A stretch of DNA of 32,380 nt from Candidatus Geohabitans tengchongensis (GTDB lineage: Bacteria > Sysuimicrobiota > Sysuimicrobiia > Sysuimicrobiales > Humicultoraceae), in contig JAVKIH010000027.1 of the NCBI GenBank assembly GCA_031459625.1, positions 1-32,380 on the forward strand, given 5' to 3'. This document shows positions 28,668 to 32,380 of this stretch, piece by piece. The position numbers and the translations under genes were made by a program. The notes under the pieces were generated by a model, which was not told where the DNA came from, searched no databases, and saw only the letters and a list, made by a program, of their open reading frames with translations. Every line of letters begins with the position of its first letter. The stretch's first letter is position 1.

Positions 28668-29867
28668 GTGATGGCTGCCCGACGGTCGGAGCTGCTCGCC
28701 GTCACCGCCCTGTTCCTGCGCCTGGGGTTCACCGCCTTCGGCGGCCCCGCCGCGCACATCGCCATGATGCGCGACGAGGTGGTGCGCCGTCGGCGCTGGC
28801 TTTCCGATCAGGAGTTCCTCGATCTGCTGGGCGCCACCAACCTCATCCCGGGCCCCAACTCCACAGAGATGGCCATCCACATCGGCTACACCCGGGCGGG
28901 GTGGCCGGGGCTGGTGGCTGGCGGGGCGGCCTTCATCCTGCCGGCTGCGCTCATCGCGCTGGCCATGGCCCGAGCCTACGTCCGCTACGGCACGACGCCC
29001 GAGGCCACCGCCCTGCTCTACGGTGTCAAGCCCGTCATCATCGCCATCGTGGCCCACGCCCTGCTCGGGCTGGGCCGGGCGGCCCTGCGGGGGCCACTGC
29101 CGACGGTGGTGGCCCTCATCACCCTGGCGTTGTTCTTCCTCGGCGTGAACGAGCTGTGGCTCCTCCTCCTGGCCGGGGTGAGCGTCATGCTCCTGGCCAA
29201 CCGCCGCCGGCTCGGAGCGGTGCTGACCGGGGGGCCGGGCATCCTCTGGGCCGCCATCGCGCACGGCGGGCCGGGGTGGCCTGGGGTGCCCGCGGCCCTC
29301 CCTGCGGCGGCGGCCGCGTCGGCGGCGGGGGCCGCGCCCTTCGACCCGACGATCCTCTTCCTGGTCTTCCTCAAGATTGGTGCGGTGCTCTACGGCGGCG
29401 GCTACGTGTTGCTGGCCTTCCTGCGGGGCGACTTCGTCGAGCGCCTGGGATGGCTGACCGACCGGCAGCTCCTCGACGCCGTGGCCGTGGGGCAGTTCAC
29501 GCCGGGGCCGCTCTTCACCACCGCGACCTTCATCGGGTACCTGCTCGGGGGCCTGTCCGGAGCGGCGCTGGCGACAGCAGGCATCTTCCTGCCGGGGTTC
29601 CTCTTCGTGGCCGCCAGCCACCCCTTCATCCCGCGCCTGCGCCGCTCGCCGTGGCTGGGGGCCCTGCTCGACGGCGTGAACGCCGCGGCCGTGGCGCTCA
29701 TGGCCGGCGTCACCTGGCAGCTCGGGCGGGCGGCGCTGGTGGACCTACCTGCCGTCCTGCTCGCGCTGGCGGCGGCGCTCCTGCTGGTCCGCACCCGGGT
29801 GAACTCGGCCTGGCTCGTCGCGGGGGGCGGCGTCGTGGGGTTTCTGCTCAGGAGCCCCGCCGGCTAG
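28668..29867 (+). CDS. chrA: Chromate efflux transporter ChrA (long-chain CHR)
   Basis: FLRLGFTAFGGPAAH, IPGPNSTE, KIGAVLYGGGY, GQFTPGP; two CHR domains. Confidence 0.95.
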   Translation: MMAARRSELLAVTALFLRLGFTAFGGPAAHIAMMRDEVVRRRRWLSDQEFLDLLGATNLIPGPNSTEMAIHIGYTRAGWPGLVAGGAAFILPAALIALAMARAYVRYGTTPEATALLYGVKPVIIAIVAHALLGLGRAALRGPLPTVVALITLALFFLGVNELWLLLLAGVSVMLLANRRRLGAVLTGGPGILWAAIAHGGPGWPGVPAALPAAAAASAAGAAPFDPTILFLVFLKIGAVLYGGGYVLLAFLRGDFVERLGWLTDRQLLDAVAVGQFTPGPLFTTATFIGYLLGGLSGAALATAGIFLPGFLFVAASHPFIPRLRRSPWLGALLDGVNAAAVALMAGVTWQLGRAALVDLPAVLLALAAALLLVRTRVNSAWLVAGGGVVGFLLRSPAG

Positions 29868-30126
29868 CCCGCCGCCCGCGCTCGCTCTCGCACCAGGCCG
29901 GCAGGCGGTCGAGGTCGACGAGCCGGCCGACCCCGCAGCGACGCTTCCAGCGGTCGTACACGCTGTAGACCACCTCCTCCCGCAGCTCTGCCGGATCGTC
30001 GGCGGCCAGCAGGCTCCGGAAGCAGCGCTCCAGCCGGGCGTAGTACACCGGTGGGAACTTTGCGGCCACGTTCTTGCGGTAGGACTCCGCTGTCTGGGGC
30101 TCCTCGCCCCCGACGAGGCCCTGCAA
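29848..30126 (-). pseudogene. Probable 3' remnant of a hypothetical gene
   Basis: Protein-like sequence (YRKNVAAKF...YSVYDRWKRRC...LVDL) without a convincing RBS or start; sits at the edge of a lower-GC block. Confidence 0.4.
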
Positions 30127-30482
30127 CCGCCCGCACCGGCCGGTGACCGTCAGGGATCCCCTCCCAGGGGTGACCTCCCGCCCGCGCCGTCGCTCAGCAG
30201 GCTTCGGCGGCAGAGGACGGCGTAGGCGTGGCCGAGCGCGCGGACATCCGCCTCGGGTAGCCGACGCGCCTGGCGGCCTCCTTGACCCACAGGCCGGGCA
30301 AGGGAGGCGGTTGGATGCTCAGCTTGGATTGACTAGTCAAGTGCTCGTGGACTTTTGATCCATCAGGGTAGGCGGTGAGGATTTCTAGGAATACATGACT
30401 TCCTTGCCGAATTCCCTTAATCTGGGGAGGACGCGGGGGCGCCGCCTGCATCCCACACACAACTCCATAAAGGAGGGGAAAC

Positions 30483-30668
30483 ATGCGCAAAGCCATCATT
30501 GCCCTGGCTCTGGTTCTTTGCCTGCTGGTTTCAGGTGCCATCGCTCTGGTGACTCCAGCGCTGGCAGGGGACGATCCGCCGGACAGCGACCGCGCCTGCC
30601 TTCCGGTTCACAACCCTGACAACGTCTCGATCTGCCTCAACGGAGACGACCCGCCCGACAGCGACTAG
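30483..30668 (+). CDS. Small secreted peptide precursor (61 aa) with a duplicated GDDPPDSD motif
   Basis: AAAGGAGGGG RBS; Sec signal peptide ending ALA; mature part GDDPPDSD-RAC-x11-C-LN-GDDPPDSD. Confidence 0.85.
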   Translation: MRKAIIALALVLCLLVSGAIALVTPALAGDDPPDSDRACLPVHNPDNVSICLNGDDPPDSD

Positions 30669-30849
30669 CGAGCCCCTGAGAGGACAGAAGTTCACGACCG
30701 GACCGAAGCGCCCCCGCCCCCCCCGCCTCCCCAGCTTTTCCCTCAATCCTCGCCTGACAACGCTCTCAATCGGGTATAGGAATTTGGGTTTCCAGGGACG
30801 AAGTTCTTTCCCCTGGTAAACTTCAGGCGTGATTCGGGGAGGCTTTGAC

Positions 30850-32229
30850 GTGCTCGGCCAACGCATCAGGCAGCTTCGCCAATCGCGGGGCCTCACACAG
30901 GCGGACCTCGCGGGCAACGATGTTTCAAAGGGGTATATCAGCCTCATCGAGAAGGGCGTCGTCAAACCGTCGCTCGAGACACTCCAGGCGATCGCCTTCC
31001 GACTGGGAACCTCGGTGGACGCTCTGCTGGGCGGTGACCGGCTACCCGCTCACGCTGCGACCACGGCTCTGCTCGCGCTGGCGGAGGACGCGTTGCGGCA
31101 ACGGGACTTCGTCCGGGCGGATCAGCTCCTCCAGGCCGTCCGCTACGTCGCCCAGACCTACGGCATCGACGAGGGCACGCGTGAAGCCCTCCTCATGACA
31201 GGGGCCATCGAGGTAGAGCTGCGCCGCTTTGACGAGGCGCTCTGGACGGCGCAACGGGTCCGCAAGCTGGCTGAAGACGCACACGACCACTGGCGACTGG
31301 GGCGTGCCCTCCTCCTCGAAGGCCGCATCCGCGTCCGCCAGCGTCGTTTCGACGACGCCTCCCGCACGCTGGCCGAAGCCTTGCGGCTCCTTCGGAAGGC
31401 GCGTGCCGGCCGCGATCCCGCCAGGATCGAGGCCCTCATCGCGCTCGGCACGGCGCTCTTCTACCAGGGGAACCTGCGCGGCGCACGGCGGCGGTACCGG
31501 GAAGCCGCCCGATCCCACGTCGCCCGCCATAATCCAGTCCTTCGGGGGCGGGCGTACTGGGGCCTTGGACTGGTGTACCGCAAGGCCAAGGCCTTTACGG
31601 AAGCCGAGGCCGCCCTCGCGGAGGCGCGCCGGGCGTTCGAGGCCGCGGAAGAACTGCAGGAACTGGTCCGTGTCCTGGAGAATTTTGCGCATCTTTTCTA
31701 CGACACCGGACGCTACGTCGAGGCCCTGAAGCACCTGCATCATGCCTTGCGGGTGACGGACCGCCTCAAGATGAAGCCGGTCCGGGCCAAGATCCTCACC
31801 GAAATCGGGCGGATTCACGTGACCCTGGGGAATCCGCAGGAAGCGGAACACTTTGCCAACCAGGCGGCGGCGATCGCCAGAGAGGTAGGAGATCCCGTTG
31901 AAGTCGCCGAGGCGACCTTCGTCCTCGCCCGCGTGGTGCTGGCCCGCGGCGATCGGGCGGCGGGCCTCTCGCTCCTGCGCCAGGCGCTCGCCACGTTCAA
32001 AGAGCACAGCATGACGGCACGCGCCGAGCAGACCAGTTTGGAACTGGCGCATGCCCTGGAGGCCACGGAGGAGGCCCGTACGCTGCCCCCCTCGAGGACC
32101 TTCCCGGCATCGAGGTGTCCAGCCTCCACGGCTGAGCCGGCTCCGCGGGCCGTCGCCCCGGTACTCCTCACGGCAGGAGCGGGCGCGCCGGAGTTGGCCA
32201 AGCGGGTAAAAGGTCATCGGCGGGGCTGA
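30850..32229 (+). CDS. HTH-XRE plus TPR transcriptional regulator (RRNPP/NprR-PlcR-like architecture)
   Basis: LGQRIRQLRQSRGLTQADLAG..VSKGYISLIEKG..KPS followed by many TPR-like helical repeats; GGGGAGG RBS before GTG 30850. Confidence 0.88.
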   Translation: MLGQRIRQLRQSRGLTQADLAGNDVSKGYISLIEKGVVKPSLETLQAIAFRLGTSVDALLGGDRLPAHAATTALLALAEDALRQRDFVRADQLLQAVRYVAQTYGIDEGTREALLMTGAIEVELRRFDEALWTAQRVRKLAEDAHDHWRLGRALLLEGRIRVRQRRFDDASRTLAEALRLLRKARAGRDPARIEALIALGTALFYQGNLRGARRRYREAARSHVARHNPVLRGRAYWGLGLVYRKAKAFTEAEAALAEARRAFEAAEELQELVRVLENFAHLFYDTGRYVEALKHLHHALRVTDRLKMKPVRAKILTEIGRIHVTLGNPQEAEHFANQAAAIAREVGDPVEVAEATFVLARVVLARGDRAAGLSLLRQALATFKEHSMTARAEQTSLELAHALEATEEARTLPPSRTFPASRCPASTAEPAPRAVAPVLLTAGAGAPELAKRVKGHRRG

Positions 32230-32287
32230 GGTGCGGCATTCCACCGTTCGCTGACTGCACACGTCGAATCCAGAGGACATCCTCCCG

Positions 32288-32380
32288 ATGCCCTGGCAGA
32301 TGAGCCTGTCGCTCCAGACCGACCTCGAAGCCCTGCGGGTCGCCCGAAAGATGGTGGCATCGGTCGTCCGGACCCTGGCC
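32288..32380 (+). CDS. Partial CDS, possibly an RsbW/SpoIIAB-like ATP-binding protein
   Basis: MPWQMSLSLQTDLEALRVARKMVASVVRTLA resembles a HATPase_c_2 N-terminus; only 31 codons visible. Confidence 0.4.
   Translation, partial: MPWQMSLSLQTDLEALRVARKMVASVVRTLA

Overview
Very GC-rich bacterial chromosomal segment; the gene content and order suggest a thermophilic Terrabacteria lineage such as Armatimonadota, but this is low-confidence inference. Housekeeping blocks: bshB1-like deacetylase plus GT2; argG (split by a 1-nt frameshift in a C7 run) and argH behind tandem ARG boxes; the PBP1A-yebC-ruvCAB-DUF2905-spoIID...yajC-HD cluster; gdh, alkA, tctCBA, tRNA-Ala(CGC), ctaG-like, SDH/ClpP-like protease. 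Accessory or stress modules: merR-merA, chrA and a RHH-PIN toxin-antitoxin pair. Two candidate undescribed systems stand out. (1) 4154-7206: ECF sigma / zinc anti-sigma / ArsM-like methyltransferase / DUF1326 / DUF2182. The methyltransferase reads through an in-frame TGA at the conserved Cys position and is followed by a SECIS-like hairpin, so it is probably a selenoprotein, and it lacks the other ArsM catalytic cysteines. (2) 30483-32229: a small secreted peptide with a duplicated GDDPPDSD motif next to an HTH-XRE/TPR (RRNPP-like) regulator, a possible peptide-signalling cassette. All calls come from reading motifs by eye; no database search was run.
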